This document shows, piece by piece, positions 9,169-17,739 of a stretch of 64,000 nt of DNA. The translations under genes were made by a program, and so were the position numbers. Source of the stretch: an uncultured virus (IMG/VR IMGVR_UViG_3300020234_000071) (lineage: Duplodnaviria > Heunggongvirae > Uroviricota > Caudoviricetes); IMG/VR virus record IMGVR_UViG_3300020234_000071; one strand, written 5' to 3'. Position 1 is the stretch's first letter. Every line of letters starts with the position of its first letter. The notes under the pieces were generated by a model that was not told the DNA's origin, searched no databases, and saw only the letters and a program-made list of their open reading frames with translations.

Positions 9169-9522
9169 ATGAATAAAGATAAAAATAAGAGGAAGGATAT
9201 TTCTAAAGCGGTAGTCAAGAAAGCGGTTAAGAAAGTAGTTGCTGCTACGAAAGTAGTTGATACTAAGAAAGCTGCTAAGCCTAAAAAGGTAAAACCCACA
9301 CCAAGATTTTATAAGCAGTGGGGCAAAGGAAAAAAGCAATGGGTGTTTCGTAGGGATGGATTTTCTTCATTATCTATTGAGCACATAACCGATGGGGAAG
9401 TGAATGAGATTTATGTACTTGAAAAAGAGATACCTGATTTGATTCAGGCTTTGACCGTTGTTCAAAAGAAAATTGCAGTTGCAAAAGCACTCGCTAAGGA
9501 ACGTGGGAAACCTTTTGTATAA
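9169..9522 (+). CDS. Lys-rich basic protein (histone H1-like N-terminus)
   Basis: KAVVKKAVKKVVAATK..KKAAKPKK. Confidence 0.6.
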   Translation: MNKDKNKRKDISKAVVKKAVKKVVAATKVVDTKKAAKPKKVKPTPRFYKQWGKGKKQWVFRRDGFSSLSIEHITDGEVNEIYVLEKEIPDLIQALTVVQKKIAVAKALAKERGKPFV

Positions 9523-9574
9523 CGGAGTTAGCCAATACGAAAACCTTTTTTCACAGTAATCTTTTCGTGTTGTT

Positions 9575-9599
9575 GGGGGTCTTTGTGACCCCCTTTTTT
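9575..9599 (+). terminator. Intrinsic terminator
   Basis: GGGGGTC-TTTGT-GACCCCC followed by a T-tract. Confidence 0.8.
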
Positions 9600-9611
9600 A
9601 GAGGATAAATT

Positions 9612-9806
9612 ATGGACTATTCAAAAAAGCGGGACTATTCAAAAAAGCGGGATAACCGATTGGCAATCCGACTTACCAGTGAGTTGAAAGATGCCTGTGT
9701 TGCGAAATGTTCAACGGGGGATTTAACCCTTTCCCAAGTAACTTGTCGGCTGTTGAAGCGGTGGGTGGATGGTAAGCTAGACATTGGGAATGAGGAAATG
9801 ATGTGA
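9612..9806 (+). CDS. Ribbon-helix-helix-like DNA-binding protein with duplicated DYSKKR
   Basis: RLAIRLTSELK...LTLSQV..RLLKRWV pattern; 18-bp tandem duplication at 9615-9650. Confidence 0.6.
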   Translation: MDYSKKRDYSKKRDNRLAIRLTSELKDACVAKCSTGDLTLSQVTCRLLKRWVDGKLDIGNEEMM

Positions 9807-10024
9807 GTGAAACCTTAAATATGATTCGATATAAACGGGCTGATGCAATTGCCACTATGGAAAATCCTATTGTTACTTTTTCGTTGGAAGAGATAAATCT
9901 GGTGTTGGAATTAATTGACGATCTTAAAAGCGATAAGAAAATTTTGATGAATGATCTTGCTATGGTGAATCTTCAATTGGGGAATAGATAATTTGATCTT
10001 AGTATCAAATAACGGAAAGGGGTA

Positions 10025-10705
10025 ATGAGTAAATTTCGGGGGAACATAATTAAAGCCGTGGACAAATGGTTGCCGACTGAGATTCCTGAAGTCTGGGATT
10101 GGAAACCTACCCCAGAAATGTTACATCCATATTGGAAGAATGTTTTTAACAAAGAGGGGCAGGTTCATGAACACAGTAATCTTTTAAAGCAACTACAGGA
10201 GCCACTTCCCTACATTTTTTTAATCCCACTTTTTTCTGATAAATATTGTGATTGGCTGATCAAGAAAGCTAACGAATCTAACAAATGGTGTTTCGATAAT
10301 AAAGATGGATATGCTGCATTTGAAATTCCGCTAAAGAAAATGAATCCGTGGATTAATAGTTATCACGAAAATTTTATTTGTGAGTGGGTTTTGAATTCTT
10401 TGTATATGGGATTGTTCGGTTACAGAATCCAAAGCGTTGCGAAATGTTTTCTGATCAAGTACACAACTCAGGTTGGGTATCGAAGTATGGATATGCATCA
10501 TGACGGAAATTCTTTGCTATCCGTTTCTATCAGTTTGAATGATGAATTTGAGGGGGGAGGAATGACTTTTGTGCGGAACCCAGATCAAGAAATTGAAATA
10601 TTAAAAGGTCAAGCCCTTCTATTTTCGGGAAACCCTATCACAAGCCATAGGGCAAACCCTGTCACCAAAGGCGAAAAATATTCGCTTGTCTACTGGATAA
10701 AATAA
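10025..10705 (+). CDS. 2OG-Fe(II) oxygenase (prolyl/lysyl hydroxylase-like)
   Basis: HHD, SISLNDEFEGGG, H.A.PVTKGEKYSLVYW. Confidence 0.85.
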   Translation: MSKFRGNIIKAVDKWLPTEIPEVWDWKPTPEMLHPYWKNVFNKEGQVHEHSNLLKQLQEPLPYIFLIPLFSDKYCDWLIKKANESNKWCFDNKDGYAAFEIPLKKMNPWINSYHENFICEWVLNSLYMGLFGYRIQSVAKCFLIKYTTQVGYRSMDMHHDGNSLLSVSISLNDEFEGGGMTFVRNPDQEIEILKGQALLFSGNPITSHRANPVTKGEKYSLVYWIK

Positions 10706-10925
10706 TGGACGTTCAAGAAAAGTTAGAAGAAATGCTTACCTACCATGTGGGACTGAAAAATCATTATCAGAAAATCAAAAAAGTGAATGAAGTGAAAAGG
10801 CACACTCAATTTATTATCGCAATAAATCATACACGAATTGAACTGAAATTAATTCGGGAAGAAAACGAAGAACTTAAAAAAACATTGAAGGATTAATTTT
10901 TATCGCGTAGAAGAGCGCGTGTTTC

Positions 10926-10952
10926 GGGGGGTAGAAATACCCCCTTTTTTTT
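10926..10952 (+). terminator. Intrinsic terminator
   Basis: GGGGGTA-GAAA-TACCCCC followed by a T-tract. Confidence 0.8.
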
Positions 10953-10963
10953 GTTTCCCAGAG

Positions 10964-10979
10964 TGTGAAGTACGTCACA
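10964..10979. promoter_or_regulatory. CRP-consensus site TGTGA-AGTACG-TCACA upstream of the promoter at 10996-11023
   Basis: Perfect consensus, intergenic. Confidence 0.6.
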
Positions 10980-11056
10980 AGTCACTTCAATAATCCTGAC
11001 AAATATTTATAGAGTGCTATAATATATGTATAGAAAGAAACAAAACGAGACACGAA

Positions 11057-11475
11057 ATGGAAACACTAATTATCTTCTTAAGCCTTCAAATCCCCGTAGT
11101 AATTTTTGCGGTTGCAGGTTTCAAGCATTGGAGAAAAGTTACCACTCATCGTTTGGCTCAACGTGTTTGCAGAAAGCATCCTGAAGCACATCAAGCAGGT
11201 ATCGCAGTTCGCAAATTTGGAATCACTCTTTATGAAGTTCCTGTTTGTGCCGCCACTCTTCGTCTTTACAAGGTTAAATAATCATGGTCATAGTAAACAT
11301 CAACCATAGAACATATCCCATCAGTCTGAAAAATAAGTCTGATGATTCCCTGCACTATATTATGAAGGATGCCTATGAAGCAATGAAGGCAAATCCTGAA
11401 GGTTCAAAGTCAGGTTACTATGCCGATGAAATTAATTATTGTTCTGATGAATTGGCAAAAAGGAAATCAGCATGA
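11057..11475 (+). other. Two short early CDSs (11057-11281, 11284-11475)
   Basis: ORFs directly downstream of a promoter; the first has the ACACGAAATG leader. Confidence 0.6.
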
Positions 11476-11925
11476 ATAGCTATCGAATCGGTTATTTGAT
11501 TGGCTACCTCAAAGCCAAAAAATACAAATTTACTTTTGCCTATTGGCGCGGATATTTTGCGGGGAAATTCTCATGAGCAGAAAAACTTTTACTGTTTGGA
11601 CTGATGCACGGGATTATATTTCTGAAATGAAAAATCTTGGGCATAGGGTCAGATATGAAATTGATATGAGACCCACTAATCCAAGACCCCATGTAGTTAT
11701 AGTGAGGGCAGCATAATGGAAATTAAATTTTATGTTGTGCTTACAATTGTGGTCTTGTTCGTGATTCACATTTACATGGTTAAGAGGGTGGATTATAAAA
11801 AGCATCCTTATTATATCCTGACTGTTTTGGGGGTGTACTGGTTCGGTACAGCAGGACTATTTTTCTTTGGATTTATTTCTTAAAAGGGGTTGACAAATAT
11901 TCCCCGCATGTGGTAGTATTATATT

Positions 11926-12471
11926 ATGAAAACAAACCCATACAAATATGACCCTAATAAATATATTCATGACATCGATCATGTCATCGAATTTATAGCA
12001 ATGGCTCATGAAGGGCAGACCAGAAAATATACTGGTGAACCTTATGTTGAACATCCTATGGAAGTTGCAAGGATTGTTAGGGATGCTATTTATGACCTTG
12101 ATATGATTGCCGCTGCAATGTGTCATGACATTATTGAAGATACTGATTACACTCTTGATGATGTTGAGAAGGTTGCAGGTAAAGTTTCTGCTACTTTCGT
12201 TGATTGGCTTTCAAACAAAGAATATCCTGAAGCCAAAAACAGAAAAGAAAGGAAGGCTTTGATTGCCGCACATCTGACTAATGCCCCAGATGAAGTTAAG
12301 ACAATCAAGCTTGCTGATATTCTTCACAACACTCCGACCATAATTAAATATGACCCGAAGTTTGCAAAGGTCTATGTTCCTGAAAACAAGGTGCTGTTGA
12401 AAGCTTTGAAGGGTGGAAATGAAAAGTTGTATAACAAGGTTAAGGAAATCCTTTATGCTTTTGAAGATTAA
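11926..12471 (+). CDS. HD-domain (p)ppGpp hydrolase-like protein (SpoT/Mesh1-type small alarmone hydrolase)
   Basis: AH.GQ.RK..GEPY..HP, HDIIEDT, IKLADILHN. Confidence 0.85.
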   Translation: MKTNPYKYDPNKYIHDIDHVIEFIAMAHEGQTRKYTGEPYVEHPMEVARIVRDAIYDLDMIAAAMCHDIIEDTDYTLDDVEKVAGKVSATFVDWLSNKEYPEAKNRKERKALIAAHLTNAPDEVKTIKLADILHNTPTIIKYDPKFAKVYVPENKVLLKALKGGNEKLYNKVKEILYAFED

Positions 12472-12687
12472 AGATTGATGGGGAGGGAGTGGAAATAATC
12501 CTGTTCTTGATTTGATACTAGTATCATTTTGGGGGCGGGATTTTTTTTAATATATGAACAAGAAAAAAATGGTAGTGATTAGGTTCTGGTTACTTAATAT
12601 AAAATCTCTATTACGCCCCCCTAAAATTGCCTACTTCAAAAAAAGGAAATGTATTATCAAAATGCGTGGAATCTGGGGGGATAAGTT

Positions 12688-13059
12688 ATGAGCGCAACTG
12701 TTGAAGAAGTATTAGCGTTGGCAGATGTTGAGAAATGTCTGAAAGATACGGGGGCAGAATCTACATCTGGGCATTGTCATAATGCGTGTGTGTGGCTTAT
12801 TGTTCAAATCAAAGAAGCAGGTTTATCAGATTATAATATCGCTTGGTGTCTTGGTACATTCTGGAATAAAGACCATAGTTGGTTAGTGGTTCAAGACCTA
12901 AACACGGGTGAAGAAATTATTGTTGATATGACTGTCAATCAATTTGTTGATCGTGAAGTTCCTTTTTCTGGGCTGATGAATGACCAGTATGAAATACGCG
13001 ATAGTGTGGTGCTTTGCGAGACTGACAAACTTCACGAATTCGTAGAGAGGGTAGGATAG
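12688..13059 (+). CDS. Hypothetical protein with possible transglutaminase/papain-like Cys-His-Asp triad
   Basis: GHC, HSWL, VDMT..QF. Confidence 0.5.
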   Translation: MSATVEEVLALADVEKCLKDTGAESTSGHCHNACVWLIVQIKEAGLSDYNIAWCLGTFWNKDHSWLVVQDLNTGEEIIVDMTVNQFVDREVPFSGLMNDQYEIRDSVVLCETDKLHEFVERVG

Positions 13060-13346
13060 TGGGAGAAATTGCAGACCAAATAATTGAAGGCGAAATTTGC
13101 CAAATGTGTTGCTGCTCTGATGGGCGGGAAGCACAGGGCTATCCTTACACATGCGCGGAATGCGGGGGTGACAAACCTGAAGATGATGACCCAAGCATTT
13201 TCGATGTGGACAAACAGCAAATAAATAATCCAATGCATCATGCCACTAGGGGAAAATCCAAGAAAGTGAAATGCCCCCACTGTGATAAAATGGTTGCCGA
13301 AGTTGGACTTGATCAACATCTAGAAGCCAAGCATCAGGGGATATAA
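13059..13346 (+). CDS. Zinc-finger hypothetical protein
   Basis: CxxC pairs and C-terminal CPHC...H...KH. Confidence 0.6.
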   Translation: MGEIADQIIEGEICQMCCCSDGREAQGYPYTCAECGGDKPEDDDPSIFDVDKQQINNPMHHATRGKSKKVKCPHCDKMVAEVGLDQHLEAKHQGI

Positions 13347-13747
13347 AATGGATAAAAGTCTAGGTAGTATTTGTTATATATTTTTGGTGGTAGCGTGGGT
13401 TATGGGTTTTGTTATTGCTAAAGGATTTTTGAGTACAGTATTTTGTATTTTTCCATTGTGGGCATGGTACTTAGTTGTTGAAAGAGTGCTTACCCATTAT
13501 CACCTACTAGGGTTTTGAAATGACTGAAATTGTAACAATGAAAGATAGGAACGGAAAAGATTTTAGAGTGGGCATGAAATTACGTTCTGCTAAATTTCCT
13601 GATAATGTAGTCAAGTGCGTAAAAATTGAAGACGGTAAGGCACATCTTCAACAAGGTAAAAAAGAAAGCCCGATTATTCTTAATCAGAAAACTTTAGATA
13701 TAGCTCAGTGGGAAGTTCCTACAAAGTAAATTTTTAGGGGATGGGGG

Positions 13748-14002
13748 ATGGAGCAAACTAAAATTGAGTCTTTAATAGAGACTAGTACAGATATGGTTGC
13801 AGCCTTTATTATTTCATGGATGGTAATGCTCTGGTTCATTCCTATGGTCTACCCCAATCATGCTTCAACAGTACAATCTGCTTTCGGGGTAGTCTTTATT
13901 TTTACCATGACTTCCTTTATTCGTAGATACCTGACAAGAAGATTTTTTGCACGGGGTTTCCATCTGGTAATTCATAAAATAATATCGAGGTTTTTTATAT
14001 GA
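13748..14002 (+). CDS. Small membrane protein
   Basis: Two hydrophobic helices; ESLIE..T and R.Y..RR.F pattern. Confidence 0.65.
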   Translation: MEQTKIESLIETSTDMVAAFIISWMVMLWFIPMVYPNHASTVQSAFGVVFIFTMTSFIRRYLTRRFFARGFHLVIHKIISRFFI

Positions 14003-14565
14003 AGATAATTGGTATCACAGGAAAAGCGAAATCAGGAAAAGATGAAATGGTAGTTCAGTATTTTAAAAATTCACTTCATCCATTGGCTCAAACACATGCA
14101 TTTGCGGATGCAGTAAAACATTCTGCTGCTGCTTTTTTTAATGAGCCTATCGGCAAGTTCTATGAAAACAAGGATGATATTTCTGAACAGTGGGGAATCA
14201 GTTACCGTGAAATGCTACAAAAGATTGGAACTGACTTTGCGCGGAATATGATTCATGAAGATTTCTGGGTGCAGATGTTGGAAACAAAATTAAAAGGTAT
14301 TCCAGATACTATCAAATTAGTTTTTATTACTGATGTCAGATTCGATAATGAAGCAACTTGGATTCATTCCAAAGGTGGGGCAGTGATCGAATTAATAAGG
14401 GAAGGGCATATACCGTTGGAAGGAATTGAAGCACAGCATTCTTCTGAAGATGGAATTTCTGAAGAGTTGGTTGACTACAGAATACTTAATAATACAAGTG
14501 TTGAAGACCTTGGATTTAAACTTAAAAAATTCTTGGATACAATGGAGATATTGCAGGTAGTTTGA
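13999..14565 (+). CDS. Deoxynucleoside monophosphate kinase
   Basis: IIGITGKAKSGKD, FADAVK, REMLQKIGT, ITDVRFDNE, HSSE. Confidence 0.9.
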   Translation: MKIIGITGKAKSGKDEMVVQYFKNSLHPLAQTHAFADAVKHSAAAFFNEPIGKFYENKDDISEQWGISYREMLQKIGTDFARNMIHEDFWVQMLETKLKGIPDTIKLVFITDVRFDNEATWIHSKGGAVIELIREGHIPLEGIEAQHSSEDGISEELVDYRILNNTSVEDLGFKLKKFLDTMEILQVV

Positions 14566-14655
14566 TACTAAGGTCAAAAAATAAACTGACAAATAATTTC
14601 TAGGTGTGTTATAATAGAATTACGAAATCGAATTTCAGGAGAGACCCGATAGAAA

Positions 14656-14775
14656 ATGAACAATCCAGTAGCTAAATACTCTAATAGGTTTAACAAACCT
14701 GCGACTCACACAGACCGCAAGAAAGCGGTAAAGCGTGGTGCGCGTCCCAAACACAAAAAGAACTATAATGTCTAA
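14656..14775 (+). CDS. Small basic protein (39 aa, MNNPVAKYSNRFNKPATHTDRKK...), absent from the ORF track
   Basis: First ORF after the promoter at 14586, with AGGAG upstream. Confidence 0.6.
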   Translation: MNNPVAKYSNRFNKPATHTDRKKAVKRGARPKHKKNYNV

Positions 14776-15463
14776 ACTGACTTTCGGGGAATTGGTTAAA
14801 AACCAAATGCAAAACCCATCTGATGATGTGGTCAAGGCAGCAGAATATGTGATTCAGTTTGGAAAGCATAAGGGCATGAATTTGTCTATGCTGATGGAAG
14901 AGCAACATAGCTATTGCATGTGGTTAATCAAGCAAGATGAATCCCAGAATTCAAAATTCAATGATGCAGTTCATCATATTAAAATACTTTTCGCTGAAGA
15001 CCACATTCTATATGAAGAGAAAGTTGACGGGGTTGATACTGACAATACTGTTTTTGAAGGTGGGGTGATTGATCTTGGGGCAGAGAATAAGCAGACGGTA
15101 ATGAAGGATTACCATGCTGATAATTTGATCATTGATAAGGGAGTAGTGAAGGTGGACGGGGTTGAAGTAATTGATGGGGATATTATGGTTCTTAATATTG
15201 ATCATGGAAAAACCAAACCTGTTGTGGGTTTAATTATGGGTACTGTCACTGATCTTATGCATCAAGTAGATCAAGGATTGACTTTTGATTTTTCACATGA
15301 AGATATAGATGTATGGTTGGGGTTGGTAAGTAAAGTTGAATTGGGGGAGAATTATTTTGTCATTATTGAAACCCAATATAAATTTGAAGAATCTGATGAA
15401 TCTCACGCACAAAAGATTAAAATGGTAGTGTCTGATTTGAAAAAACTGAAGGGGGTGTTTTAA
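14768..15463 (+). CDS. Hypothetical protein with FGKHKG domain
   Basis: FGKHKG..L......SYC.WL motif; start re-assigned to ATG. Confidence 0.6.
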   Translation: MSKLTFGELVKNQMQNPSDDVVKAAEYVIQFGKHKGMNLSMLMEEQHSYCMWLIKQDESQNSKFNDAVHHIKILFAEDHILYEEKVDGVDTDNTVFEGGVIDLGAENKQTVMKDYHADNLIIDKGVVKVDGVEVIDGDIMVLNIDHGKTKPVVGLIMGTVTDLMHQVDQGLTFDFSHEDIDVWLGLVSKVELGENYFVIIETQYKFEESDESHAQKIKMVVSDLKKLKGVF

Positions 15464-15699
15464 TGCCTAAGCTACTTAGCAAATTACATACGGGAACGGT
15501 AGAGCATACAATTATTTCTCTACTGACTCTTTGCCCCAAGTGTGATGCTTCATCTGATGTTCATGATAATGGAGATTCATTTCATGTTGAATGTCCCAAG
15601 TGTGGGGTGATGGGGTACAGGTACGAAACCGAAAAATTAGCAGTGAGGGATTTTAGAAACCATTATGGTATTCGGAAAATTAAAAAAATTGAGAGTTAG
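15463..15699 (+). CDS. Zn-ribbon protein, Lar (restriction alleviation)-like
   Basis: LCPKC...VECPKCG.......E..AV. Confidence 0.5.
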   Translation: MPKLLSKLHTGTVEHTIISLLTLCPKCDASSDVHDNGDSFHVECPKCGVMGYRYETEKLAVRDFRNHYGIRKIKKIES

Positions 15700-15849
15700 A
15701 AAAGTGTCCAAAGTAATTGATGAATCGGTGGTTACTGACATCTTGATTAAGCATTGGAAAAGGAATGACAGTGCAATGAATTACCTGAACAAGAGATTTC
15801 CTGCGGGGGATGCAACAGGAGATTTTCTAAAGGGGATAATCGAATTACG

Positions 15850-16341
15850 ATGATGAAAGTTGGAAAAAATATTTCACTTCAGTACACCAATAATATTGTG
15901 GCTAACGAAGTTGGTCTTCATTGGGATATGCGGTTGATGAATTTAGCCCTTCACGTTGCGGAATGGAGTAAAGACCCGAAGACAGGAGTGGGGGCAATCA
16001 TTGCAAATGGAAAACGTGATATTGATATTGGGTACAACGGATTCCCAGAAGGAATTTCAGATTTGAAAGAACGGTTAAGCGATTATGATTTGAAACACAA
16101 GTTGGTTATTCATGCTGAAAAAAATGCAATGGATAATTCAACTCGTACTTTGGTGGGCAGAACTTTGTATGTCACCTACCCCCCGTGTGTCCCTTGCACG
16201 GTTAGTATCATAAGCAGAAAATTGGGAAGGGTAGTCTGTTTGAAATCTTCCCCAGAGAAAATGAAAAAGCATCATGTGGATATTGAACTTTCCAAAGAAC
16301 TTTTTATAGAGGCGAAAATTAGATTCGATATATTTGACTAG
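15850..16341 (+). CDS. dCMP deaminase
   Basis: SKDP.T.VGA, GYNGFP, HAEKNA, PCVPC. Confidence 0.92.
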   Translation: MMKVGKNISLQYTNNIVANEVGLHWDMRLMNLALHVAEWSKDPKTGVGAIIANGKRDIDIGYNGFPEGISDLKERLSDYDLKHKLVIHAEKNAMDNSTRTLVGRTLYVTYPPCVPCTVSIISRKLGRVVCLKSSPEKMKKHHVDIELSKELFIEAKIRFDIFD

Positions 16342-16349
16342 GAGGTAAA

Positions 16350-17486
16350 ATGTTTAAATCAAAAATTGCGGGATTACGGGCAAAACTTAAACGATCATTT
16401 AGGGTTATGGCAGACAGTTATCTTGTTCTACATTACCCAGAAGAATTTGCAAAAATAAATGAGCAGAGATTAAATCATAATCAATTTCATTCTGAGGATG
16501 CATCCAAGCTAGTTAGGACTGACAAGTTTTGTTATTGGACAGCAGATAATGGGACAAGTATAGATGCACAATATCCAGTTGTTATAGATTTTGAAAATGA
16601 CTTGTTGTATCTAGCAAAAAATTTGAGTGAAGATGATCTTGTTGGACTAGTTAAAGTTGCGGCTGATGATATGCGGAACGGCAAATGTCATTTTCCTTTT
16701 GAAGATATGCTTATCCATGTTGGGGCATGTGAAACCCCTGATAGTAAAGTTCTTGAAGATGTGTGTATTCGTGTTCGAAATGTGACTAACAATTATATTA
16801 TCGAAGTAGATGAACAAGTAGATACAATGATTGAGATTTCAATGATGCATACTATTTCAGATACAGATTATGAATTTTCAAATAATCAAACTGATATTTA
16901 TATGGCAAGCTGTAAGCCAGAGATAATTGAATTGTTTGAAGATGAAATAATATTGGAACAGAATTTATTGTGGGAAGATAAGATACTAGAGTTTATGTAT
17001 TTAGCTCTTGGGAGAGACCCCACATTAATCAAAAATCTTAATGAGGTTGCTAGAGTTTCGATGATGACTATTGTGGTGTTGTTCTTATTTTTCTACAGAC
17101 ATCAACGGGTTTATTATAAGGAAGTAGAAATTCCTATAGGCATAATCAAGAAAAGAAAAAAGAGAAGTAAGATTCCGTACACTAGATATTTTGTGAGCAG
17201 CATAGGAGATTTTACAAAGACCATTTACACGGAAAGTAGACCTTCAGAAAATCCTGTGAGTGGGGTTGCTATGCATGTTCGAAGGGGGCATTATCAACTC
17301 TGGCCTAACCACAGAAACCTTCCCCACTATCTTCAGAAACGTACTTGGGTTCCTAGTTGTGTTGTGGGAGACCCCAGATATGGAGTTATCATCAGGGACT
17401 ATCTGAGTGACATGACATCAGGGGGAGAAGTGACCAAAGAAAAATTGCAGAAGGAAATTAAGGAACGGGAAATAAAACATGACTGA
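16350..17486 (+). CDS. Hypothetical phage protein with C-terminal HVRRGH motif
   Basis: 378-aa ORF with GGAGG. Confidence 0.7.
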   Translation: MFKSKIAGLRAKLKRSFRVMADSYLVLHYPEEFAKINEQRLNHNQFHSEDASKLVRTDKFCYWTADNGTSIDAQYPVVIDFENDLLYLAKNLSEDDLVGLVKVAADDMRNGKCHFPFEDMLIHVGACETPDSKVLEDVCIRVRNVTNNYIIEVDEQVDTMIEISMMHTISDTDYEFSNNQTDIYMASCKPEIIELFEDEIILEQNLLWEDKILEFMYLALGRDPTLIKNLNEVARVSMMTIVVLFLFFYRHQRVYYKEVEIPIGIIKKRKKRSKIPYTRYFVSSIGDFTKTIYTESRPSENPVSGVAMHVRRGHYQLWPNHRNLPHYLQKRTWVPSCVVGDPRYGVIIRDYLSDMTSGGEVTKEKLQKEIKEREIKHD

Positions 17487-17739
17487 TCATCTTTGGGTTA
17501 GTATAAACAAGGTTGAAGCCTTGACTCAAATCAGGAAGTGGGGTGCTAAGCCTTTGGTTTATAGCTGCCCCCATTACAAGTATTTCAGTACCCATAATCA
17601 TCCGCTGATTAAACACGATAGCAAGAAGAATCAGTTTTTTGGGTCTGAGGATTATCGAAAATTAATGTTAGAAACAGCTTGACAAATATCTTTACATGGT
17701 TCATACTGATAACTCACTTGAAAACTTAGGAGGTTGTAA

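Noticed and set aside
9992..10009. 18-bp motif as an FNR box
   Set aside because: FNR is TTGAT-N4-ATCAA; here the spacer is N6 with a conserved asymmetric core
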